Source of the DNA: Carcharhinus amblyrhynchos
Lineage: Eukaryota
Reading direction: 5' to 3'
Assembly (NCBI GenBank): GCA_965287045.1
Contig: OZ336874.1
Coordinates: forward strand, 53,630,001 to 53,694,000
DNA: 64,000 nucleotides
The notes below the pieces were generated by a model, which had not been told where the DNA came from, ran no database searches, and was given only the letters and a program-made list of their open reading frames with translations. Both the position numbers and the translations under genes were made by a program. Of the stretch, positions 49,271-61,589 are shown piece by piece (position 1 is the stretch's first letter; each line of letters begins with the position of its first letter).

Positions 49271-51284
49271 TGAGTGCCTTGTGATTTAATAAAACAGCAA
49301 CATGTGTGCAGTTCAGTGAGTGTTACTGTTTTATCAATAATGTTATTGTGGTAACATGCGAACCACGAGTTATCTTTTAATGGATGATTGGAGAAATATA
49401 GCTGACATACACACTATTGTCCACAAGTTGTCACGATAGAAAAACGCAGAGGTGCCTTTATTCAGCAGCTTCCTGTTGGGAGAAAAATACTTCTGGAGCA
49501 TTTCTACAATTGCCATGAAACTGTGGTAAATTCTTTGCAGTTTGAAGGTGGTCAGCATTTAATGGTATTTATAATGGTACCTTGCTTGCCAGAACTATAA
49601 ACACTGGAAGCAAAATTCCTTGAGAACTTATTTAATACTTTATGGCTGTATGTATAGAAGGCTGCAGTCATCATTATTGCTACATAGGTAGGTTAAAACA
49701 ATAATCTAGTAGTATTATTCCAGTAATTAAAGTGAAATTCCTGCTCCACAAATCTACAAAAGCATTATTTTTCTAAAGTAATCCAACTGCTAAGTAAAAC
49801 ATCCTGGATCGCGTCCAGTCAAAGTGCTCAATTAATTGGCCTTGATTCTAACTAAAAGCCTACATTCTAAATATGATAGCAAGTAAATCATTTTTTGGTT
49901 TTGAGTAGCATTTTTCCAAAAGCATCAAAAGGTAAGTACCGCGGGCTAGCTGATATTCATAAACTCAACGCAGATCATATTCCTTTGTAATATTGCTGAC
50001 TGGAGACATAATTGCTTCAGCTTAACATGGAGACAATTTATGAGGTCAACTAACCTCTGCAGTGCAGATAAACTGTACTATTTCAGAAGAGTAATTTTGC
50101 TTTTTGTAACCTGTGTCTCCACTCATTTTTCATGCTGCTTGACCTCTAACCTCCCCAGCGGAAGTGAAGGGTTGTAATTTTTCTTGATACCTGAGATAAT
50201 AATTTCAGCAGCTAGACGTTGCCGCAAAGGCAGAGCTTCAAATCTCGGAGTGACAATGTGGTTACAGTAATTGTTGTTTTTAAATGAAGAGGATGAGAAA
50301 ATGTTTGGACAACTGTTTGGTTTCTACTTGATATCAAGATAGAAAGTACAGAAGCAAATTTTCAATCTTCCAATCCTTTGATGATAGAAGTTTGAGTTCC
50401 CAAAGCACCTGTTCAAATCACTGTGATTGGCTGGCAAAGCAGAAGTTTAGCATTGATTGCAACTTTAAACAGAAAGAGGACGTGCTTCATCTTTTTCAGC
50501 TTTGTTTGACTTTTCATGATTTTTCAAAAAAAAAATTCCAGTTGATTTATGTTTCAAAGAGGGAGTTGACGTTGACCTTTTCCTTAAGACGGTGTGAGAT
50601 AATTATCAAAGTATCCACGTCTTTTGAGGCCCAGTATCTGTAAAGCAATCCAGCCGCTGAGGGAGAGTGAATGGTTTCCTGATTAGTTCTTGCAAATGCA
50701 GTCTGGTTCCAGTCTTGCATGTCAATGGTTTCTTCTTTCCTTTTTTCCTGTTGTTTTGCTTGAAATGTTTGGCATAGTTTTCTCCTTCTGAATTGTTGGT
50801 TGAGTAACAGATCTAAATTTGATCAGTTTTTGGTGTCACAGTTGACAAACTTATTAAGGTGATCAGATCTAAGTTGGCAATTTTGTGAAACTTGCACAGA
50901 CCTGCAAAAAAGACTGGTGAAGTATTTTTAAATACACCTATGTGTACTTATTTATGTAGTATGAATAGGTTTCAATGGAAAGCATTTCTGTATATTGAAG
51001 AGGAGAAAAATAAATCCTTGGCAGCGTTGTGGTAGATTGAGTAAATGTGGTGAATGGCCTTTCTAGCTCCCCCCCCCCAACTTCTCCAATTCCTTAACCT
51101 TTGTAGACCCCTGCCTTGCACGCTGAAAAAAAGCTGTCGCAGCAGTTTAGAACAGGGTATTGAAAGGATCAACAAAGGGAGGATCTAGCAGAGTTGCAAG
51201 CAGGCAGAAGTAAGGTGGGAATTGTGGATGACAGGCCTCATCATCTGCTCATCACCTCTGGCTATGCATTACACTCATTCTCTC

Positions 51285-51293
51285 TGGGTGGTC
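51285..51293 (-). promoter_or_regulatory. Perfect GLI consensus site (TGGGTGGTC) in intron 12
   Basis: Exact consensus match; function not shown. Confidence 0.55.
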
Positions 51294-52148
51294 TACCAGG
51301 AATGGTGGATACAGCATGTACCTTGGACTGGGCCCCTACCAACCAGTCATGCTGGCTTCTCTTTGTGTACTGCATGCACAGGCTTTCATTCTTTTTAACC
51401 TTAGCATGAAGTAACTAGTTTCACTACAAACTATTGATGATGCATGTTTGAATTGTTTGTTTAATTTTTAAAAAAGTTATTTGCTTGAAAACACACACAA
51501 ATAAGTCCCTAAAGCTCAACTCCACTCAGAGTTGGTATGTTCATTCAGAAAACACTCCTAAAAGGATTTTACTCTTTTCTTTGAATTAGCACTGCAAAAT
51601 ATAATTATTTCAAAAAGTAACTCTAAAATTGAAGAATCTTACTAAAACAACAGTTCATTATAATATACCTCTGCCTTTTTTAATAGTTTTTATACTTAAG
51701 CCATGAAAATTCAGGACTCTAAATAAGTTCTGATGTTTATTTTAAGGCGATTTGTACAACAGCAAACAAAAGGTAACTATCACAGATTTCCAGAGACCAG
51801 TGCTAGCCTTTCATTGCTGCCCTTATTGTATAGTTGTGGTGCAATGCACATTACTACATGGAATGTTGATTCCAGCCTTTGTTCTTTTTGATAAATGCCA
51901 TATAAGTTACAAATGGCTAGGGGTACATTGATCTAGGTGAATCACACTAATTGTGTGAGCAATACATGGCAAAACAAAGCTACAGAATAGTATTAAATAT
52001 GGAAAAGTTAAAACTCTTTTTAGAAGGAATGTGATTAGCGTTTGTTATTCATTTATTTATGTAAACTAGTTGTGAGAATTACCCTCCTCCCCCAAGAGCA
52101 AACCGTTGTTCCTTAAATTATGAAAGGTTAACAATTTTGTTGCTGTGA

Positions 52149-52511
<363 letters not shown>

Positions 52512-53189
52512 TAGCTAATTTACTAGAAGCAGAATTGTTTGAAGAGCAATAAACTCTCTTGGCCCTTAAAATGTAACAGATAAATCAGAAAGTTATGGTC
52601 TATAGAAGAGAATTACAGATTTTCTCATGGATTTTAATAGAACTGATTAATTCCTTTCACGTGTAAATGCTTAAAAGTTGTCATTCCATTTTTAAAAAAA
52701 CATTAGTTTATTAATACCGATCTGAAAAGTTTGTAAGATCTCTTGTTGACACTGAAAAAAAAAATTAGTAATGCTATCAGAAATTTAGAGTAATAGCTAA
52801 CATTTTTGTATGCAGTTGGTCTTTGTTACAACCGATAGGCATCCATGGTGGACAGATAGAGTAATGGGTGGTAAATTCTAGGTACTAGATTGCAGAGGAT
52901 GCAGGATCTAGTTTTGAAGAGTGGTATTAATTTTTAAGTGTAAGCACTGCTAAAACTTTCTGTTGCTTTAATGCTGATGGGATGGAAGATTGTTGCATGC
53001 TTCTCACATTGTTCTTGGGCCACAAGAGGAATGTTGCTGGCTTGCAGATCAGAAAAGAGACCAAATTTTGGTAGAATGTTTCTTGGTTCTGTGCATCATT
53101 TTTTCCCAAATGGGTTATTGTTATTCCAATCTCAGCCCGCTGTGACACTTTGATGAGTTTCAGGTCAGATTGATTGGGATAAAACACAA

Positions 53190-53323
53190 GGGGTTGGAGT
53201 TCTTCAATCCCATCTGCCCTGCCAGTGCTGCCACCAAGAGAATTTGGTGCTTAGCCAAAATTCCCATTTACTGCAGCGGTCCTGGAGAATCCCTTCCATG
53301 GGTGATGTCAGCGAATTCCAGCC
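53190..53323. mobile_element. MITE-like element
   Basis: Ends GGGTTGGAGTTC ... GAATTCCAGCC; interior similar to 63467-63602. Confidence 0.55.
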
Positions 53324-53607
53324 AAGAGGTTTTGGTACACATGGAAAGGTCTCGATCAGTGATCTCCAAACTCCAATCTGAATGCGGCCCGCTGCGGGCC
53401 GGATGTGGCCCTTGGGCCATAGTTTGGAGACCCCTGGTCTAGACTGAAGTGTTACAAGTCTAATTTGTTTGTCTATTTGGTGATCTCTTGGATTTCATGC
53501 AAAATGAAAGACATAAATTATGAAATGCAACAATGAGCAACTCGGAGGATTAACTTAAGTATCAACTTTACACTGCATCGCTGAAATGTTTCTTCTCTTT
53601 CTTTCAG

Positions 53608-54013
53608 TCCTTGTGCCAACCGAGTGATTCAGATTGAGTCACAAGCATATAGAGATACCAATGACAACCATCCTTGCCAACCACCGCCACCTTACATCAA
53701 TCAAAATTTTACCCACGAAACTCAAATTACCATGCAATCTACTGTCCAGTTGCGCACAGAATACAATCCTCGCACCCAGGCATACTATACAACTGCTGAG
53801 CCTCGCTCTGAAATATCTGTTCAGCCAGTCACCCCAACTACGCAGGATTCACTTAGCTCTCAGAGCCCAGAGACTGCTAGCTCAACACGGGATCTTCTCT
53901 CCCAGTTTACAGACCCCAACCGTAACTGTGTAGATCCACCCTGCACTAAATGGACTCTCTCTTCTTTTGCCGAGAAACATTATGCACCACTGTTGCTAAA
54001 GCCAACAACGAAG
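53608..54013 (+). CDS. PTCH1: Patched 1, exon 14 (406 nt; large cytoplasmic loop with PPPPY motif)
   Basis: ctttcag|T CCT TGT; [59 protein letters not shown]; donor AAG|GTGAGT. Confidence 0.98.
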
Positions 54014-54099
54014 GTGAGTACTAAGGCTAACCAGCTTTACCTTGTTTACTGTTTGCTGAAATAATAACAAGGCCTTTGCACTCAACCTCCTGGGTAGAT

Positions 54100-54700
54100 A
54101 TAGGGAACCATTTTTAAACTTTACATCCGTGACATTGAATTGGTGGAATGAATAGTCCAACATCTCATTCCAATCAAAATTAGCGGTGGTAATTTGCAGA
54201 CAATACAAAAATAGGAACATGTTTGATTGTGAACAAAACTGTAAACGACTTCAGGAAGAAATATACAAACTAAGAGATTTGATAGATAGCAATGGATCTC
54301 AAATGTATAATTTGAGAGGAATGGAGGAGAAATGTGTAAATGGTAAAACTTTTTTAAAAAAAGCAAAGATTGAGGAAATTTTTTGTCCATGAAGTTATTG
54401 GGATATGAAATGCCTTACCAGAATCGATAATGGCGTTTAAAAAGGAAATGGATAAATATGTGAAAAATCAAAGCTCAGCGCAGCATGGTAGAAGGGAAGG
54501 AAATGGACCAAAGGAGAGGTGATAGACCAAGCAACCTCCTTCAGTTCCTATGTGGGTATTGGAAAAGGAAAGGAGATGCAGAAAGGTCAGTGGTTGAGAA
54601 GAGGCCCCTGAGAAAACAAGAGAGCAACAAATCCTGCATCTTCTGTGCCCACTATCTTCTTCAGCAAGTGCAACAAAGACTGCCATGTTATAATGGGCTC
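54100..54700 (+). mobile_element. Highly decayed CR1-like fragments
   Basis: CKRLQEEIYKL motif and GGCGTTTAAAAGGAAATGGATAAATAT..GGGCTCCTGAAT 3'-end-like sequence. Confidence 0.45.
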
Positions 54701-55346
54701 CTGAATCACACCAGGTGATGCTTTATCCAAGTTGCAAACCATCATGTCATGACATAGACGGCTGCCAAAGATTTGTTTTATTTTTTTTTTAAATGCTGTA
54801 TGGGTCATAATATTCCATTTCTAAGTGTATTAAAAGCTCCTACATTCAGTTCAAAAGAGGCATTGTGTATATGCAATACTAATTTCTCATCTTTAGATTG
54901 TGCTACAATTTGCCTTTAGAATATCAAAAGACCTATCATGATAGTGTTAGCTGCAAGTGCCCTTGGAATATTGTGTTTTTCTTGCATTAAACTCTAATTT
55001 GAACCTTACTGAAAGGGAGTTAATTGGAGCTGTAATTATTTTGAGCAGTCAGTAACTTAGAAATGTGACAGGCAAAAATAACATGGCTTTAATTAAAATG
55101 TTGAAGCACAGCCATTTTTAAATGCCTTTCCTGTCTCTTACCCTTCCCACTACCCATTTTTTTCTCTCTTTTCCTTTTTTATTCTCCACTACTACCACTC
55201 AGCTGATACCGATCTCCTGATTCACTCCTTCTCCAACCTGTCACCCTGTTTGATTTGAATACTTTACTCAGTCAGTTCAGAAGATCTACATTCCATTTCC
55301 TGTATATTATCTATCTCTGAAATATCTGATTATTATAATTAAGGAA

Positions 55347-55522
55347 TCCAAAGATGTGTGGGTTAGGTTATAGGCCATGCTAAAAATTGCCCTTAGTGTC
55401 CTGAATTGCATAGGTTAAAGGGATTAGTGGTAAATATGTAGGTAGGGTCTGGGTGGGAATGTGGTCAGTGCAGACTCAGTGGGCCGAATGGCCTCTTTCT
55501 ATACGGTAGGGTTTCTATGAAT
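55347..55522 (+). mobile_element. V-domain SINE 3' fragment
   Basis: TCCAAAGATGTGTGGGTTAGG..GGCCATGCTAAA..GGGCCGAATGGCCTC..GTAGGGTTTCTATGA; same family as 29076-29296. Confidence 0.8.
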
Positions 55523-55662
55523 CTAAATCTACTGTTTGCAGAAAATATCTCAGCGAATGCTTATCACCGGGATTTGTCTATTATCTTTGGAGAAATAGAA
55601 CGGGACTACTGTTCTTCAGACTCCTCACATAGTCAATGAACATAAATATATTTCAAAACCGA

Positions 55663-55870
55663 GGTAAGGATTCTCCAACCAATCCACCGCGTGTTTGCCT
55701 TGGTAGGAGGCAACCTGCCATTGGCTGATAGCAGAATGTTCTGGCCCCACCATTGTTAGTAGGGTCTCCCGTTGAATGCAATCCTCGCAGCAGGGAAACC
55801 CACAGTGGGGGTGAACCAACAGCAGGACAGGAAAATCCCACTGCTGTGAACAGCCGGAAAGTTCCAGCCC
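55663..55870. mobile_element. MITE-like element
   Basis: Ends GGTAAGGATTCTCC ... GGAAAGTTCCAGCCC; interior similar to 46690-46886. Confidence 0.55.
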
Positions 55871-56149
55871 TTCCCTTTGCTGTAAGTGGACCGTAAGATA
55901 AATGTAAGTTTTAATATTTAATATCTGGTGTAAACTCAGCTAGGTAACTACAGTAAAATATTATGTCTGCTTATCATCATAAATTAACATCACTGGTTAA
56001 ATTGCATATCAAATAACACTGGTGATAAATCACCCATGATTAGATTGTTTGCTCGGGCTATCACCAAATGTTTTTTTAACTAATTTTGCCCAGTCTTTGA
56101 GCCTGTGAATCTTGTTGAGTTCTGAACCTGAGTTTTTTTTATGTCACAG

Positions 56150-56462
56150 ATATTGGTCACATTGCTTTTCTTGGGTTTACTTGGGATCAGTCTCTATGGA
56201 ACTACAACAGTCAGAGATGGACTGGATCTTACGGACATTGTACCTCGTGATACGCGAGAATATGACTTCATCGCAGCACAGTTTAAATACTTTTCTTTCT
56301 ACAATATGTACATTGTAACTAAACAAGATACAGACTATCCCAATGCTCAACGCCTGCTGTATTACCTCCACAAAAGCTTCAGAAATGTGAAATTCATTTT
56401 GTTGGAAGACAATGGGAAACTTCCAAATATGTGGCTGCACTATTTTCATGACTGGCTCCAAG
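56150..56462 (+). CDS. PTCH1: Patched 1, exon 15 (313 nt; TM7 and start of second extracellular domain)
   Basis: gtcacag|ATA; [68 protein letters not shown]; donor AG|GTAAGA. Confidence 0.98.
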
Positions 56463-59400
56463 GTAAGAGCAGCAATCCTTTCCCCTTATTTTTAAATTAT
56501 AAGGTGAGGAAATACACATTAAAACATTATATATACATTAGATATTGTCTAGCTTTTTTTTTAAGAAAAGCACCTAATTAGATTGCTGAAAACTGTGGCC
56601 TTCTACAGGAGTGTTTATATATGGTATTCTTTAATACTGAACATTGATATTTATACATTGTTTTGGCTGTTGATGCTTCTGTGAAACACCTTGGGATGTT
56701 TTGCAATGTCAGATGTGCAATATAAATGCAAGTTGCTGTTGATGCATAATGTTATGGAATTTCTTAAAGTTCAAATAGAAGAACAACAATTTGTTAAAAA
56801 TGCCCACTTATAACTGGTAAAGTCATAATGAAGCCTTTTTAAGCGCAGAAAGATTAGCCGTGGTCTGTAATTTAGAACTTTAATCAAAATCTTTTGGAAA
56901 ATATTGGGTGCCAAAAATCCGGAAGGGATTGGCATGTTGTGGTATAAGTGCTGAGATGCTTCCACCTAGGAGTTCCACTGTTGAGTTGGCTGGAATTTAT
57001 GGGGTGGGAATAGTATCCTGATTTGCCTTGCAACAGCAGTTCTATGTGCCACAAGGGGTACATCTAGGATGTCCTCTGCTAGAAACATTCTGGAAAGTCT
57101 ATTAGAAGTGGCTGAGCTGAAGCATGTCAGGCCCACATCTCTCCCAGGAGCATACTATTATCTCCCTTATAACCGCTTTGATAAATTTTCTCTGTGTATG
57201 TGTGTGGGTGAGTGGGGTCCATTTCCTATCTTGTTAGGAAGGTCCAGCTTTGGGCTCTGCCGTTACTTCTGGCAGGAATTCAGCAGATCTGGAAATCCTG
57301 CCAATACAGCATGGTAGAGTTTGATCCTGATGCAAACCAGCAGATTTGGTAGATATCACAAGTTCACTGAGGAATGACTTGTGGCAAGAGGTTTTTTCAG
57401 TTACTGGGAGGAGGAGGAAATATAACTTTTATTAATATATGAACTAAGATGGACAGTACAAAATATTTCAAGTCTTTTCTATTGCATTTCTTACTAAATT
57501 TGAAAATATTTTGCCTCGTGTGCTCTATTCTAATATGAAACATGAAAGTCTGTACATACGGTTAATTTTCAAGTTCTGTAAGTTATTGTATTTTATTATT
57601 GGCCAGTTATAAAGTTCATTACTGCAGTGGGATGTATTTGTGTTGATGGGTTAGTTGATAATCCAGTTGAATTATTATTATTTAAGGAAGCTAAGCTTTG
57701 AAAACATGTGCACAAGCCAAGGCCACACCGAGTGGAGTGCTTTGAAATCACCTAGGTGGTATTTACAAATTGGTTCCTCTTCATTTCAAGCCAGGTCTGG
57801 GAATGTGCATCAAGTTTGGCAGGTGTGCTGTGTGTGCTTTTGAAGCTGCTGCCATTGTTTCAGACCAGTTTGTTTTAAGTTGATGTCTGCAGGTCTACGT
57901 GGGAGTTTTATTTCAAACTGGAATGAGCAAGCTCAGCCCTTAGGCAATGGCATTTGTGCCTGGCTTCTTTAGCCTTATCTCCTTACAGCTGTAGTTAACC
58001 TATCAGATCTGTAATGATGGTTTTGATTACAGCTTCAGTGCAGCTGTGAGGTGGGTCTAAACGTCGGGGTATGTGGTTTGTCATCTGCTCACACAGAGGC
58101 TCGTTGTACAGGATTGTGGCTTCCTGTTCCAAATCTGATCCAAATTACCTGCTTGGAACAGCTAGTGATCTTCCATGCTTTTTAAAAAAGGGTACAGAGG
58201 AAAATCGCAGTTGAGAATGAATAGGTGTTGGCTGTGATCTTTACACGTGCTGGCAACAGATCTCACGACTTGTAAGTGCTGCCCAAGTCAAACAGATGGA
58301 ATGAATTGAGGGCACAGTGCTAACTCATGCTGTGCTCAAGGAACGGCTGAGTTCCTTTTACTTTTTAACTTGTGCATTCATACTGTTCTCCCCCTCTGTG
58401 CTGAATACATTTTCTTCCAGTCTGTTCCATGGAATTTGGTTCTGTAATATTGCTATTAGAAAAGGTGACTATACTGTGCAGACTATACATGGTTACAGAT
58501 TTCACAATCAGGGTTTTCTTTTATTTTACCATGCATCTTTAAACAAGGAAACAAAGAGGGAACTTAAAAGATATTTAAGGATCAGTGTTAACCTGGTGCA
58601 GATTCAGCAGTGTGGAGACTGTAGCAGGTGGTGAACTATCCGTCTCACTGGTGTATAAGGCCCAGACGCTGACTCCTGCCCAAATGCAGAGGCAATACTA
58701 TTAAGAAAAGGCAAAAGTGGGAGTCACGTGGCAGTGGAGATTCAGGGCTGTCAGGTTACTGCCAGGCACCCGTTGAGATGATCCTTACCAAACTAAGTGA
58801 GCTAGACAGATAAGCAAAGATCATTGAGGGGGAACCATAACTGGGACAGAAGAGGCCTAAAGCATCTTCTTGGGACCAGGAGGAGCAGCTCTGATCCTAC
58901 TTGCTCACAAGGAACCTTTGAAAAGGAAAATAAAATTTACAAGGATGGTACCTATTATCTCTTTTAACTGATGAGTTCAGTACTGTGCAATCCTACATCA
59001 GTGTATAGTTGTTGTGGCAAGCATGCCTAATGAAATTAATATAATGAAACATTGCAATTTAAATTAGGCCCCTTTCTCTAGGCAGGTAGCCTTTCCCAAG
59101 TGTAATTTCAGTCAAGTTAAAATGATGGGGACAAGGAGGGGGAGTGAAGGTGGGGACACATTGAGCAACAATTCCGCCAAATAGTCTGAGTTAAAATTGA
59201 ATCTAACATTGAAATGTTCAGCCTTTAAACTTTTGGGGTAATGCGAATGCTTTGATATCAATGCTCTCAAAATTGCTTTGTGTGAATTTGTGTCAGTTTA
59301 TATGTAATTACACCCGTGCTATTTTAAGACGGGTATTAATTTTGCTAAAGTAACGGTTTAACACCTCTTAAGAATCAGCATAAGAATTTCATTCGAATAT

Positions 59401-59922
59401 ACTAAGCATTTGTATGTTATAATTTATATAGTAATATTTGAGACCGCAGAGTTTTGGATTAATTAGATAAAGTGATGACTATCTCCCTAAATTTCTGTAA
59501 AGCTCATCAAAATCCATCTTAAGCAAGCTTTTGATCGACCTCACCCAGTCTTTTTTGGTTCAGTGTCCATTTTGCTTCACACTATTTGTAAATGCCTTGC
59601 CAAATTTCTTAAAATTATTTTCAAGTGCAACTTGTTGCTGTAACGTTTCTTCCCTAATTCTGCTTGCGTAATTTCAGTAATTGTTTTTTTTCTTGCTCTG
59701 TTACTTTGCATGTAATTTTTTTGTTTGTAGATTTCATTTTCTGCCAAGCACTTAACCCCTGACTTAAAGGATGGGCGTATTTGATGGCTGAGGCAGCCTT
59801 CCTGCACCGCCCCCCCCCCCCGACACACACACACACATCCCCCCTCCCCACACTTCCCCCTTCCACCAGGTGCTCTGTGACTCATGCATTGACTTTTCAG
59901 TGCTCTTTTGGGGAGAAGGAAC

Positions 59923-59931
59923 TGGGGGGTC
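59923..59931 (-). promoter_or_regulatory. GLI variant site GACCCCCCA (TGGGGGGTC) in intron 15
   Basis: One-mismatch GLI variant in non-repeat-looking intron 15 sequence. Confidence 0.45.
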
Positions 59932-60640
59932 TGAAGTGGGAGCTGTGAGCAGGTTACCAAACTAACTTGCTGTGTACCAATTTGCGCTACCTAATATCAA
60001 GTGTCTCTTAAAATACATTTTCTGCCAATGATTCTGTAATTTGACTGGAATTTCTCACTACATTGGCCATCCCCATCAGGGATCTGACATACACATTTCT
60101 TGTAATAATGCTACAGTAATCAACATTTTCATCTCCTGAACAACATGATTCACGTAGGCTACAGTTCCAAGAGCAACAGTGACCCTGTAATGCCATGTAT
60201 AATTGGTCAATTTTCATGCATGAGTCCAGACAGTGAACCCTCAAACTATTCAGCCACAAGGACATCACAATCAAGCCCAAGCTGCTCCGGTTTTCAATCT
60301 GTACAAATGCAATTTAGAACACCATTTGCTGAACCAGGGTCAGAAACAGAGGAATCCTGGTCAGCCTTCCCTTTTTCAGCCTTGGGCTATCCCTAAGGGC
60401 AACTTTCAATTGCTAGCTGATAATTCCTTGCCTAAGAAAAAAGCAGCCAGAGTTGAAATTGGGGCATTCGGGGTGGTGGAGAATTCCAGCTCAGTTGCTC
60501 AGTTTGATACACAAGGCCCTGTTGATGCAAATTTCAGGTGAGTCTCAGGAAAACAGCTCACCTGCATTTTTCACCTCAACCAGAAACTTGTGACCTTTAG
60601 TGACCAAATGAGTCAATGACACAGCAAGTTGTATATTTAG

Positions 60641-61210
60641 TACCACAGAATCCCTACAGTGCAGAAAGTGGCCATTTGACCCACTAAATCTGCACTAACT
60701 CTCCAAAAGAGCAACCTACCCAGGCTCTCTCCTCTGTGCTATTTCCTTAATCTCACGCATTTACCATCACTAAAACATCTAATTTACACATCTTTGAACA
60801 CTAACAGGCAATTCAGCATGGCCAATTCACCTAATCTGCATATCTTTGGACATCTGGGAGAAAATTGGAGCCATGATGTGGATATGCCAGCGTTGGACTG
60901 GGGTAAACACAGTAAAAAGTCTGACAACACCAGGTTTTAGTCCAACTGATTTATTTGATAGTAAGCTCACTAGCTTTCGAGGGGATTCCCAGGTGAAGAA
61001 GAGGGAATCCCCTCGAAAGCTAGTGAGTTTATCAAATAAATCGGTTGGACTAAAACCTGTTGTTGCTAGAAAATTGGAACACCAGAGGAAATCCATGTTG
61101 ACACAGAGAATATGCAAATTCCACACAACACAGTTACCTAGGCTGGAATCAAACCTGGGTCCTTAGTACTGCTGCCTCACAGTGCTAACTACTGTGCCAC
61201 CATGTTGCCC
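60641..61210 (-). mobile_element. Full-length tRNA-head V-domain SINE (HE1-like), interrupted by a Penelope-like insertion
   Basis: - strand starts GGGCAACATGGTGGCACAGTAGTTAGCACTG (A box) .. GGACCCAGGTTTGATTCC (B box); tail CAGAATCCCTACAGTGCAGAAAGTGGCCATT on the + strand. Confidence 0.85.
60859..61078 (-). mobile_element. Penelope-like fold-back mini-insertion with apparent 11-bp target-site duplication
   Basis: Inverted arms at about 60925-60990 and 61003-61065; AGAAAATTGGA at 60859-60869 and 61068-61078; same subfamily as the 39838 element. Confidence 0.8.
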
Positions 61211-61446
61211 ATCCTTTAAACTTCGTAAACATTCCTATTCACACAAATCTGAATCCATTTTGTGAATGCAGAAAGAAAGCAATATTTTAGAATGTGGTCA
61301 CACCCTTTCATTTCCATTTGTTGTGACATATGCCAGTTACTCTGTAAAGCCAGTCTCACATTTACCTAGTGAATAGAAGTTAACAAATGCTTTGGAGTTC
61401 CAGGCTACTTGTTGTACACAAAATGTTCCAACTCTTGTCTAATCAG

Positions 61447-61589
61447 GTCTACAAGACACTTTTGACAGGGAATGGCAAGCTGGGAAGATTACTCACAACA
61501 GTTACAAAAATGGGTCTGATGATGGTGTTTTGGCCTACAAGTTGCTAATTCAGACTGGCAATAGGCATAGGCCAACTGACTTAAGTCAG
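61447..61589 (+). CDS. PTCH1: Patched 1, exon 16 (143 nt)
   Basis: aatcag|GT CTA; [48 protein letters not shown]; donor CAG|GTAAGA. Confidence 0.97.

Noticed and set aside
60827-61166. Overlapping +/- ORFs sharing the peptide TTGFSPTDLFD..RESPRKLVSL
   Set aside because: Artefact of the inverted repeat reading the same on both strands.
61130-61210. tRNA-like sequence on the - strand
   Set aside because: It is the head of a SINE continuing into a V-domain and LINE-type tail; no complete cloverleaf.
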